Origin: Nitrospinales bacterium | Lineage (GTDB): Bacteria > Nitrospinota > Nitrospinia > Nitrospinales > VA-1 | Assembly (NCBI GenBank): GCA_965223795.1 | Contig: CBDCXL010000002.1 | Location: 2,368,001-2,432,000, forward strand | Direction: 5' to 3' | DNA: 64,000 nt | Shown here: positions 51,982-60,723 of the stretch, piece after piece | How positions within the stretch are numbered: position 1 is the first letter of the stretch | How the letters are laid out: the number at the start of each line of letters is the position of its first letter | Notes under the pieces: generated by a model | Databases searched by the model: none | What the model saw: the letters and a program-made list of their open reading frames with translations, nothing else | Told to the model about the DNA's origin: nothing | Made by a program: the position numbers and the translations under genes

Positions 51982-51991
51982 CAACCTATGA
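51599..51991 (+). CDS. Small secreted Arg/Lys-rich protein with the same sorting signal, copy 2
   Basis: Signal ending AYA; R/K/E helix; WCRRNPDKCKPPTVSELP; TM; RRREEEN; ATGA overlap with the exosortase gene. Confidence 0.85.
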   Translation: MIKKFKFGLVILLMSGFFASGLFIPGNDGGSLAYAQRSADDREKRRELRREERRKRQEAKKEARKKRREARKERKKRKRWCRRNPDKCKPPTVSELPVHTMVGSGVAAILIAGGVVYQLRRREEENASNL

Positions 51992-52815
51992 ACCTCTACC
52001 TCGCTCCTGTAATGCTGCTGGCGGCGGGGTTCGTCTACTATCAGCCCGCCCGCTGGCTGGTGGAAGCGTGGCAGGTGCATCCTTACTACCAGCACGGGTT
52101 GTGGGTGCTGAGCGGCTGTTTCGGCTACGCGGCGTTTGTCGCCGTGCGCTCGAAGCAGAACGAGCCGGTGCACGAAAAAACCTGGATGGCCTGGCTTGCG
52201 GCCAGCGCGCTGCTCTATGGCATCGGCTGGATGAGTGGCCTCAATTACCTCAAGACAGTGCCCCTCTTCCTGACGCTGCTCGCCGTTGCGTATCTGCTGG
52301 CGGACCGGCTGCCGGCACGGAGGCTGCGGTTTCCGCTGCTGTTTCCGATTCTGGCGGTGCCGATCCCGTTCATTGCGGAGATCACGTCCTTTCTGCAGTT
52401 CGCCATGGCGGGAATGTCGACGGGGTTTCTCCAGACTTTCGGGATGGACATCGAAGCGGAAGGCGCGATGATCTATCTGCCCGAAGCCACGTTTCTCATC
52501 GCGGAACCCTCCAGCGGCATCCAGTCGCTCATCGCGCTGACGACGCTGATGGTTCCGACGGTGTACTTCACACACACGACGCTGCGCAAAAAATTATTTC
52601 TGTACGCCGCGATCGTTCCGGTGGCGGTGTTCGTCAATTTTCTCCGGATCGTCACGCTGTTCGTCGTCGGCGATGTTTACGGCGAAGCCTTCGCGGACCG
52701 GTTCTGGCATGACACGGGCAACGTCGTGTACTTCGCGTTCGCGCTCACCCTGTTTTTCATCCTCTGGTATTCAACCGTCTATGGATTCAAATCGGCGAAA
52801 CCCAAACCGGCTTGA
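51988..52815 (+). CDS. Exosortase/archaeosortase family protein (catalytic Cys position is Ser)
   Basis: About 8 TM helices; W...PYYQHG; FPLLF...VPIP; IAEPSSGIQSL; NFLRI; FWHD. Confidence 0.85.
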   Translation: MNLYLAPVMLLAAGFVYYQPARWLVEAWQVHPYYQHGLWVLSGCFGYAAFVAVRSKQNEPVHEKTWMAWLAASALLYGIGWMSGLNYLKTVPLFLTLLAVAYLLADRLPARRLRFPLLFPILAVPIPFIAEITSFLQFAMAGMSTGFLQTFGMDIEAEGAMIYLPEATFLIAEPSSGIQSLIALTTLMVPTVYFTHTTLRKKLFLYAAIVPVAVFVNFLRIVTLFVVGDVYGEAFADRFWHDTGNVVYFAFALTLFFILWYSTVYGFKSAKPKPA

Positions 52816-54802
52816 GATCGGGCTCACCGGGGTTTTGTTTTTGATGTTTGCTGTGACCGTGCTTGCGGGCTGCGGCCCGGATGCGGCGCAACCCACCCGA
52901 CCCAGTGAACCCCCCGTTCCTTCTGCAAACCGCATTTACAAATTCACCTCGGACACATCGCATTATTTTTCCACCTCGCACGAGGGAAAATTCGTCGCCA
53001 GCTCGAATTTAGTGAGCGAAGCCAATCTGAACGGCATTCCGTTTGCGTTTTCCGGCTGGCAGGGCGAAGCGATCGCTTCGGACGATCCCAACATTCTCTA
53101 CCTGCGCTACTACGAAAACGCGGCGAAGGATGCGGGGCTTTATTTCGTGGCGGTGCACGGCACCAACGAAAGCCAGTTCCACACGCCGGAGGTCTGCTAC
53201 ATCGGCGAAGGCTGGAAAATCGAGGAGCGGGATTTTGCCACGTTCTCCCTGCGCGGCGAGCGCTTCGAAACCCGCTACGCGCTGGCCCGCAAGGACGATC
53301 TCGAACATCTCATCCTGTACTGGTACGTGTGGCCGGATTCGACGCGCAACATCACCGACGGCATGACCATGCTGCGCGTGTCGGTGCTGGTCGAAGACAC
53401 TCTGGAACAAGCGGAGCAGGCGGCGCTCGATTTCATCCGCAACCTTTCCTACCTGGATCTCAATGCGGAGGCCGAGCCTGCGATGGAGGTGCCGACGCCG
53501 GTGCTGCCGCAGGTGGCGCGCGCGCAACCGAAGCGGAAAAGCGAATGGTCCCCGTTTAAAGAACAGGCGCTGGCCTGGCTCAAGTCGCAGACCGTGCCGA
53601 ATGATATTGTGTCTCAACCGGTTCAGGAGCGGCGGCACCTGCTGATCAGCTACCGCGTGCCGGAGGATTCCGCCGACTACCCCTACGTGTTCAGCAAGGC
53701 GTCTTTGTACGACAACGCGCTGGCGATCCTCGCGTTTACAATGACGGGCGAGCACGCGCTGGCCGAGCGCGTCATCGAGGCGGCGTCGCGGCTGCTTTCG
53801 CCGGACGGCGATCTGTGGTTCAGCTTCAACACGCACAACGCCTGGCCGAACCGGCGCGATCATTCCGGCGCCATCATCCGCAGCGGCGCGTCCGCCTGGC
53901 TTGGGTACGCGATCGTGCATCACCTGAAAACCCGGCTGGTGGACAATGCCGGATTTCTGAAACAGGATCAGAACGCGATGGTGCATCTGAAAACGGCGAT
54001 GAAAATCGCCGACCGGGTTCTCAGCCGGCAGGTGCTGGATACGGCCGACCCGCGCTATGGCATGATCACCGGCGGCGAGGGCAGCTACTCCTACCGCTGG
54101 AACGAGAAGGCACAGCGTGTGGAAGAATTTTTCAAGCCGGGGCCCGTCGCGTGGGCGAGCGTCGAGCACAACATCGACATCTTCTTTTTCCTGCGCGACC
54201 TGGGGCGGATTTCCGGAAACGAAAAATACCAAACCGCGGCAGAGCGGCTTGAGCGTGCGCTGGTCAAGACGGCCTGGAACCCTGAGATCGGTCAGCTCAA
54301 CCGCGGTCAGCGGCAGGACGGTCCCGACCCGGTTCTGGCGCTCGACTGCGCTTCCTGGGGAGCCATGTTCCTGGCGGCGGTGGGGGAGGATCAGAAAGCG
54401 GAAACTGCACTTGCATCGAGCCGGAAATTTTTCCTGCGCTCCGGAAACAAAAGCGGCCACAAGCCCTACCGCGATCTTTTGCTGTATGAGGATGCCGAGA
54501 TCAACGCGCTGTTTTTTCCCGATGAGCCTGCGAAAAACTGGGACGCCATGCCGCTGATCTGGCCTGAAGGCACGCTGGGTGTGGCGATGGCGCATCTCAA
54601 GCTCGGTCAAAAACCACAGGCGAAAGCGCTGATCGAAGCGATGCTCGACCTGCAGGATGACACGGGCGCTCTGCCTTACGCGACCGAAGATCTGCGCTAC
54701 CAGTTTTCCACCAACCCCTCCGTCGCGGGCACGGCCTGGCTGGTCATGACGGTCGCGGCGTACGAGCAGGAGCGGGTGCGGGATCTGTTCTGGGAACGCT
54801 GA
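52781..54802 (+). CDS. Lipoprotein: EpsI domain fused to a six-hairpin glycosidase-like domain
   Basis: Lipobox VLAGC; EpsI motif HTPEVCYIGEGW and LYWY; helical domain with YDNALA, SVEHNID, LDCASW, WPEGT, SVAGTAW. Confidence 0.7.
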   Translation: MDSNRRNPNRLEIGLTGVLFLMFAVTVLAGCGPDAAQPTRPSEPPVPSANRIYKFTSDTSHYFSTSHEGKFVASSNLVSEANLNGIPFAFSGWQGEAIASDDPNILYLRYYENAAKDAGLYFVAVHGTNESQFHTPEVCYIGEGWKIEERDFATFSLRGERFETRYALARKDDLEHLILYWYVWPDSTRNITDGMTMLRVSVLVEDTLEQAEQAALDFIRNLSYLDLNAEAEPAMEVPTPVLPQVARAQPKRKSEWSPFKEQALAWLKSQTVPNDIVSQPVQERRHLLISYRVPEDSADYPYVFSKASLYDNALAILAFTMTGEHALAERVIEAASRLLSPDGDLWFSFNTHNAWPNRRDHSGAIIRSGASAWLGYAIVHHLKTRLVDNAGFLKQDQNAMVHLKTAMKIADRVLSRQVLDTADPRYGMITGGEGSYSYRWNEKAQRVEEFFKPGPVAWASVEHNIDIFFFLRDLGRISGNEKYQTAAERLERALVKTAWNPEIGQLNRGQRQDGPDPVLALDCASWGAMFLAAVGEDQKAETALASSRKFFLRSGNKSGHKPYRDLLLYEDAEINALFFPDEPAKNWDAMPLIWPEGTLGVAMAHLKLGQKPQAKALIEAMLDLQDDTGALPYATEDLRYQFSTNPSVAGTAWLVMTVAAYEQERVRDLFWER

Positions 54803-54805
54803 GTC

Positions 54806-56230
54806 TCAACCCTGCTTGAAATTCCTGCGGTCCATCCGGCCCCAGCCGCCTTTTTTTCCGCTCGCGTACTGGATGATTCCCACCAGCCGCCACCAGGTTG
54901 TGAGCGGTCGGTAGAAAAACACTTCGATGAGAGACAGGCTGATGAGGCTGACGATTTCGGAGAGTCCTGAGTAGCGTCGGAACGTCAGCTCTTCAAAGAT
55001 GATCGCACCGATCGAGAGCAGGATGTTCAGGGCGATGGTGGCGAGCAGGAACAGCACCGCGAGCGGCGGGTCCACCAGGTTGAAAAAGAGACTGAGCAGA
55101 AAAATAAAGAAGCCGGCAAATTCGATCAGCGGCCCGAACCCCTCCACGAACAGAAAAAACGGAAATCCCAAAAGTCCTACGGCGCCGTATTTTGGGTTGA
55201 GCAGCATTTTCCGGTTGCTCAACAGGCTTTCCAGCAGTCCGCGCTGCCAGCGGGTCCGCTGCTTGCTGAGGTCCGGCAGGTTTTCGGGGCTTTGCGTCCA
55301 GCAGACGGGATCGGGGATGAACACGATGTTGTAGGGCAGCTTTTTGTCCTGCAGATACATGTGCATGCGCACCACCAGTTCCATGTCCTCACCGATGGTG
55401 TTCACCCGGTATCCGCCGCATTGAATCACCGCGTCTTTTCTGAAAATGCCGAAGGCTCCGGAGATGATGATCAGGCTTTTGAACGCGGAGAACGCCATGC
55501 GGCCCGCCAGAAACGCGCGCAGGTATTCCATGATCTGAAATTTCGCCAGTATGTTTTTGGGAAGGCCGACTTCGATGACCCTGCCGTTTTTGATCTTGCA
55601 GCCGTTGGCGATGCGCACCGATCCGCCGGCGGCGACGGTGGTGTGGTCTTCGATGAAGGGACGCACGATTTTCAACAGCACGTCCGGCTCCAGGATCGAA
55701 TCGGCGTCGATCGAACAGATGAGCGGGTATTGCGAGGCGTTGATTCCCGCGTTCAGGGAATCCGCCTTGCCGCCGTTTTCCTTGTCGAGAACGATCAGGT
55801 TGGAATGGGTGTGCGATTCATAAATGCCGCGAATGTCCCGGCAGGGCAGCCGTTTGCGGAACACGTTTTTCGTTTTCTGCAACTGAAACGCATTTTTGAG
55901 TTCTTCCAGCGTGCCGTCCGTCGAGCCGTCGTTGATCAGAACGATTTCAAAGGCGCTGTAATGCAGCTGCAGAATGGATTTGATGCTTTCCACGATGGTT
56001 TTTTCTTCGTTGTACGCGGGAACCAGCAGGGAGATGGGCTTGGCGAAGGGAGAGTGGATGACGTTTTTCAATTCCAGCGATTGAATGTGGCGCAGGTATT
56101 TCTTCACCGCGGAATAGGAGATGAACAGCATCAGAATGTAGCTGGTATTGATGAATATAAAATAGAAGGTGATGAAGAGATTGTGCGCGTTGATCACCGG
56201 CAGCATTGAATTCAATACGGAGATTTCCAT
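54806..56230 (-). CDS. Processive family 2 glycosyltransferase (PgaC/IcaA-like synthase)
   Basis: PAYNEE, NDGSTD, GGKADSLN, DADS, GED, QRTRW; TM helices at both ends. Confidence 0.92.
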   Translation of the reverse strand: MEISVLNSMLPVINAHNLFITFYFIFINTSYILMLFISYSAVKKYLRHIQSLELKNVIHSPFAKPISLLVPAYNEEKTIVESIKSILQLHYSAFEIVLINDGSTDGTLEELKNAFQLQKTKNVFRKRLPCRDIRGIYESHTHSNLIVLDKENGGKADSLNAGINASQYPLICSIDADSILEPDVLLKIVRPFIEDHTTVAAGGSVRIANGCKIKNGRVIEVGLPKNILAKFQIMEYLRAFLAGRMAFSAFKSLIIISGAFGIFRKDAVIQCGGYRVNTIGEDMELVVRMHMYLQDKKLPYNIVFIPDPVCWTQSPENLPDLSKQRTRWQRGLLESLLSNRKMLLNPKYGAVGLLGFPFFLFVEGFGPLIEFAGFFIFLLSLFFNLVDPPLAVLFLLATIALNILLSIGAIIFEELTFRRYSGLSEIVSLISLSLIEVFFYRPLTTWWRLVGIIQYASGKKGGWGRMDRRNFKQG

Positions 56231-56233
56231 CGT

Positions 56234-57397
56234 TCAGGCGGGCTTGGATAAAAATTGATCGATGATGTCTTTCGCGAACGGATCTTCGGTCTTCCCGTGC
56301 AGGTCGTTGAGACACTTCCGGCCGGCTTCCCCCATTTCGAACAGCGATGAAGCGGCGTAGTACCGGCACCACCAGTCCCTGTCTTCGATGAGACTGGCGA
56401 TCGGCTTGATGATGTTGGGATCTTTGAGCGAGCCGAGCGCCTTCACCGCCTGCGCGCGGATGATGGGGTTTTCATCCTTGAGGTTATCCTTGAGAACGGG
56501 GATCGCCTCCTCCACACCCAGATGGCCGAGTGCCTTGATGATGTGGATTTTCTCTTCCTTGTCCTGGGAGTGCTTGAGCAGGCTGATCAACAGGGTCGCG
56601 CCTTCTATGATTTTGAAGTAACCGATGAAGTCGATGATCTTGAGCCGGGCCCGCGACGGGTAGCTCAACAGGTTCAGTTCTTCCAGGGTGTCCCGGTTGA
56701 TCGGTTCGCCGTAGCCCACGATCACTTCAGAAAAAAGCTCTTCGGAAAGCGCTTCCATCTTTAAAAGAAAGACGATGACGTCTTTCAGGATTTTTTTATT
56801 GCCCAGGCGCATCAGGGCCGCGGCGGCGTTGAGCAGGACGGTGGTGTTCTTATCCTGGATCGCCTCCATCAGGTCTTCCGTGGCTTCGGCGGCCTTGGCG
56901 ATCCCCAGCCTGTGCGCCGCGATAGACCGCCGCCAATCCTGCGGGGCATGGAGAAGCAGGTGGCGTTCCCGGTCCAGCATGCCCATTTTTCTAAGAACAT
57001 CCACGAACTTGCTGAAATAGTCTCCCCTGGTGTCTCGCAGATAGGGCGAGATGAACTCCCAGAAATTCTCGTGATCGTCCGGCGTGACGATTTTTTGAAA
57101 TTCGGTGAAAGAGATTTCCTGTTCCATGAGCGGAAACAGGCGGTGTTCCCATTCTTTGAAACGCTGGTTCTTGCGTTTTTCCCGAATTCCGAACTTGATG
57201 TGCGTGAAGATGATGTAGATCAACAGGAACAGGGTGACGGCGATCAGCAGGAATACCGACAGGATGGCGAGCGCCAGCACCGGCTTTTCCAGAAACAGAC
57301 CCGGAAAGGGAACCAGGCCGAGGTCTTCAAGGAATTGCAGGAACGAAATTTCGATTCCGCTGTGGTCGAGCGCTGCCCAATCCCTGGGAAGAGTCAT
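56234..57397 (-). CDS. Membrane-anchored HEAT-repeat protein
   Basis: N-terminal TM; HEAT/PBS repeats (IIKALGHLG, RAQAVKALG, WWCRYYAA). Confidence 0.85.
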   Translation of the reverse strand: MTLPRDWAALDHSGIEISFLQFLEDLGLVPFPGLFLEKPVLALAILSVFLLIAVTLFLLIYIIFTHIKFGIREKRKNQRFKEWEHRLFPLMEQEISFTEFQKIVTPDDHENFWEFISPYLRDTRGDYFSKFVDVLRKMGMLDRERHLLLHAPQDWRRSIAAHRLGIAKAAEATEDLMEAIQDKNTTVLLNAAAALMRLGNKKILKDVIVFLLKMEALSEELFSEVIVGYGEPINRDTLEELNLLSYPSRARLKIIDFIGYFKIIEGATLLISLLKHSQDKEEKIHIIKALGHLGVEEAIPVLKDNLKDENPIIRAQAVKALGSLKDPNIIKPIASLIEDRDWWCRYYAASSLFEMGEAGRKCLNDLHGKTEDPFAKDIIDQFLSKPA

Positions 57398-57431
57398 CGG
57401 TTTCCTTCCTTAGCGTGGGTTTCAGGTGTGA

Positions 57432-57914
57432 TCACAACAGATCGCTGAAATCCTCTTCACCCAGAGCGGAGCGTTTTCCTTTTGTGGGATAGACAAAACC
57501 TTTTACGGCGGCAGGCGGGGGGGTTTTGATGTTTTCTTTCTGCGCCATTCTGCGTTTGAGCACCTTGTTCACCCGCAGGATGAGTTCCTCGGGGCTGAAC
57601 GGTTTTTTGATGTAGTCGGTGGCGCCCAGTTCCAGCCCCTTCAAGACATCTTTTTCCTGCGATTTGGAGGACAGCATGATCACGGGGATTTGCTTCAGCT
57701 CCGGATCGCTTTTGATCTCCTGCAGGATCTGCAGTCCGTTCACGTAGGGGACCAGAACGTCGGAGATCACCAGGTCGGGGGATTCCTCGCGCACCAGGAC
57801 CTGCGCTTCCAACCCGTCCTCGGCACGGATGAGCTCGTGCCCTTCCTTGCTGAGCTTATAGTCGATCACGCTCCAGATATGATTTTCGTCTTCAATTACG
57901 AGGATTTTTGCCAT
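57432..57914 (-). CDS. Single-domain response regulator
   Basis: VIEDE, VISDV, MLSS, KKPF; no output domain. Confidence 0.9.
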   Translation of the reverse strand: MAKILVIEDENHIWSVIDYKLSKEGHELIRAEDGLEAQVLVREESPDLVISDVLVPYVNGLQILQEIKSDPELKQIPVIMLSSKSQEKDVLKGLELGATDYIKKPFSPEELILRVNKVLKRRMAQKENIKTPPPAAVKGFVYPTKGKRSALGEEDFSDLL

Positions 57915-58104
57915 TTATTTTGCTCAGATGTTCCCGCGAGTGTTCCTGATCGCGTGACGATTTCGATTTTTAGTGAACATTTTTGCGGTTCCGACGCATC
58001 GGCCTCATTGCCGAAAAACGAAGCATATTATTGATTTTAAAGCATAAACACAAATTTTGAAACTTAAATTCCGACAAGGAGGAATATATGTGTAAATCTA
58101 ATGG

Positions 58105-60657
58105 TCAGGGCTCCGCGGGCACCAGCTCCCTTTCCGGTTCGGCATTGCGCCGGGGCTTGGAACCGGGTTTTGGCGTTTTCCCGCTTTCGGCGAAGATGCC
58201 TTTGTGTTCGAAGTCTTCAAAGACCTGTTCGTGAAGATGCCGCGGCACCGGGGTCTTGCTGAAGCGGATGCGCTTCATGATGTGGAAAATGCAAACGCCC
58301 AGAATTCCGGCCGGCGGGAGAAAGATCCAGCCGATGGGGTCGCCGAACACCAGCTTGGTCATGCCCACGATCAGCAGGATGCCCGCCAGCGAGGTGATCA
58401 AAGCGCAGGTCAGCCTTTTAACGGGAAACACGATGTGGTGCCGTTCGTGCTTGAAGAATTTCACTTCTTCGGGCCACCAGCCGAAGGGCAGGGCGCGGGC
58501 GTAAAAGCGGCGGCGCACCTCCGGCGGCTCGGGGTCGGTCCGGAGCGTGACAAGAATCCAGAACGGCAGCACGGTGAAAACGCTGATCACCAGGCGGAAG
58601 GATTCTTCTTCAAGGTACCAGCTGTCGCCGAGGAAATGATCGAACAGATAATGGTAGAGCTTGATCCCGTGGGTCAGCTCGACATCGAACAGCGTCTGCC
58701 GGGACCACAGCCAGGCGGCGGCCGCGTCGAGCGGGCCGAACCCGTGCAGGACGACGTACATGATCAGCGAACCGATCAGCGCGGTGAGGATCGAGTAGCT
58801 GTTGATGCGCCAGTGCCAGAACATCAGGACGGTGGGGATGCCCGCTCCCGCCAGCAGTTCGATGGCCAGCTCCCAGCCCGTCAGCAGGCTGTCCACATGC
58901 GTGACGTAATAGAGCAAGAGAAGGATCAGCCCGGCGATCGCCAGTTTTCCGACCAGGAACTCTTCCCAGGCGGACGGTTTTTTCCGGCGCACCGCCGACC
59001 ACAGCTCGACGATGTAGGAGCCGCCGTGGAACAGCTGGCTGGTCATGGTGGACAGGTACGCGCCGAACGCCACCGAAACGAAGGCGCCGCCGAAAAACCC
59101 GCCGCCCAGCAGCAGAAACCCGGTGATGGCCACGCCCGCCTCGCCGTTCAGGTGCACGCCGTACAAATAGATCGAGGGCACCAGAAACAGCGAGGCGACC
59201 CCCAGCACCGTCCAGGGATGGTGGCGCACCGCGAAGGAAAAGGTGGAATGGAACAGCCCGGCGCCCACTGCGTGGAATTCGTTCTTGCAGTCCTTGAGAC
59301 GCTGCGCGGCGTAGCCGCCGATGTACGAGCCGATCAATGGCTGCAGGCCGAGCAGGACCAGAAGCCCGACGACGGAGTAAAAGATCTCGTTGACGAACGG
59401 GTAGTGCAGCATGAGGCTGCCCATCGTGTCCGGGTGCGTCACGCGCTGGCCGGTGAGAAAGGCGCAGATTTCGGTCTTGTCGATCCTGTTGCGGTCGAGC
59501 AATCGGATGTAGTCGTCCAGTTCGCTGATGCGGCGCGGCGGAAACAGGTTTTCATCCAGCAGTCCCGCGGTTTGCAGCTGTTTCAGGGTTTCCGGGTTTT
59601 TGAAACGGTGCGCCTGCGGGATGAATTTCTGCCGCCACAGTATGTAGAACGGATCGCCGGTGTCGCCGTCCACGGCGTCGAGCACCGCCTGCCGGCTCAG
59701 TCCGGTGATGCCGGGCGCAAACAGATACTGGTTCGGCAGGTGCGCGGTTTCCAGCAGAATCTTTTCACGCAGCAGGGCATCGGGGCGCGATGCGTTGTGC
59801 GTGAAAAAGGATTTGTCCACCTTTACGAGAGAATTGCGCACGGTGCCGCTGGCGAGCGACGCCTCCCCCCTGGTCACGGTTCCCTTGACGCCGTTGTCGT
59901 CCCAGATGTGGACCATGGCGCCGAAGAACAGCGCCGCGGCCAGTACGATCTGGACGTTGTCCGCCAGCACCATGCCGCGGAATCCGGAAAACAGGCTGAA
60001 CACCATAACGGGAAACAGCATGATGAAAAACACGAACGGGCCCGGCGCGAAGGTGAGGACGGCGTCATCCGGATAAGCCTGACCGTGCGGCAGAAAATGC
60101 GGCAGGAAGTCCAGCCCGGAAAAGGTGAAGTACACGCCCGAAATGTTGAAGCCGAGCAGGAACACCATCACCATCGCCTTGGACACGGTGCCCATGACGG
60201 CGTTGTTGCGCACGAGGATCTCGATCAGGCTCTGCGTCACCATGAGGATCTTGGCGCGCCGGCCGGAAAAGCGCAGCAGCGGCAGCGCGGCGTCGGCGTA
60301 CAAGCGCAGCCGCACCCAGATCTCGGCGTAGAGAAAGGTGCCGAGCGAAAAGGCGATGAGACCGCTCTGCCAGAACCAGTTCCAGCCCACGCCGCCTTTG
60401 GAGCGGATGAAATCGCCCACGACGAACGGCGTGTCGCTGGCGAACATGGTGGCGATGATGCCGCCGCCGGCGACGAACCAGGTGAAGCGCTTGCCTTCTT
60501 CCGCGACCGAGTAGGTCTGCTTCTTGGTTTTCTCGTCGGTGCGCCAGCGGTAATAGGCGTAGCCCATCAGGAGAATCACAAAGCAGACGAAGGTCCACTG
60601 CCCGGCCGGGTTCAGGTAGACATCGCGCTCTGGAAGTGGGGCCTGAATCGGATTCAT
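58105..60657 (-). CDS. Sodium:solute symporter family protein with large soluble insertion
   Basis: ATMFASDTP, WNWFW, GGYAAQRL, AYLST..SQL..GGSY, WHWRIN. Confidence 0.82.
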   Translation of the reverse strand: MNPIQAPLPERDVYLNPAGQWTFVCFVILLMGYAYYRWRTDEKTKKQTYSVAEEGKRFTWFVAGGGIIATMFASDTPFVVGDFIRSKGGVGWNWFWQSGLIAFSLGTFLYAEIWVRLRLYADAALPLLRFSGRRAKILMVTQSLIEILVRNNAVMGTVSKAMVMVFLLGFNISGVYFTFSGLDFLPHFLPHGQAYPDDAVLTFAPGPFVFFIMLFPVMVFSLFSGFRGMVLADNVQIVLAAALFFGAMVHIWDDNGVKGTVTRGEASLASGTVRNSLVKVDKSFFTHNASRPDALLREKILLETAHLPNQYLFAPGITGLSRQAVLDAVDGDTGDPFYILWRQKFIPQAHRFKNPETLKQLQTAGLLDENLFPPRRISELDDYIRLLDRNRIDKTEICAFLTGQRVTHPDTMGSLMLHYPFVNEIFYSVVGLLVLLGLQPLIGSYIGGYAAQRLKDCKNEFHAVGAGLFHSTFSFAVRHHPWTVLGVASLFLVPSIYLYGVHLNGEAGVAITGFLLLGGGFFGGAFVSVAFGAYLSTMTSQLFHGGSYIVELWSAVRRKKPSAWEEFLVGKLAIAGLILLLLYYVTHVDSLLTGWELAIELLAGAGIPTVLMFWHWRINSYSILTALIGSLIMYVVLHGFGPLDAAAAWLWSRQTLFDVELTHGIKLYHYLFDHFLGDSWYLEEESFRLVISVFTVLPFWILVTLRTDPEPPEVRRRFYARALPFGWWPEEVKFFKHERHHIVFPVKRLTCALITSLAGILLIVGMTKLVFGDPIGWIFLPPAGILGVCIFHIMKRIRFSKTPVPRHLHEQVFEDFEHKGIFAESGKTPKPGSKPRRNAEPERELVPAEP

Positions 60658-60723
60658 GCTGCCTCAACAGTAGGGTTGAATCGGGTGTCCGTTGCTTTGC
60701 ATGCACGGCATGGCGCGCGCGCT

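Noticed and set aside
51859..51987. N-terminal extension of the exosortase in the ORF track
   Set aside because: It overlaps the conserved tail of the upstream small protein in another frame; the ATGA coupling at 51988 is the better start.
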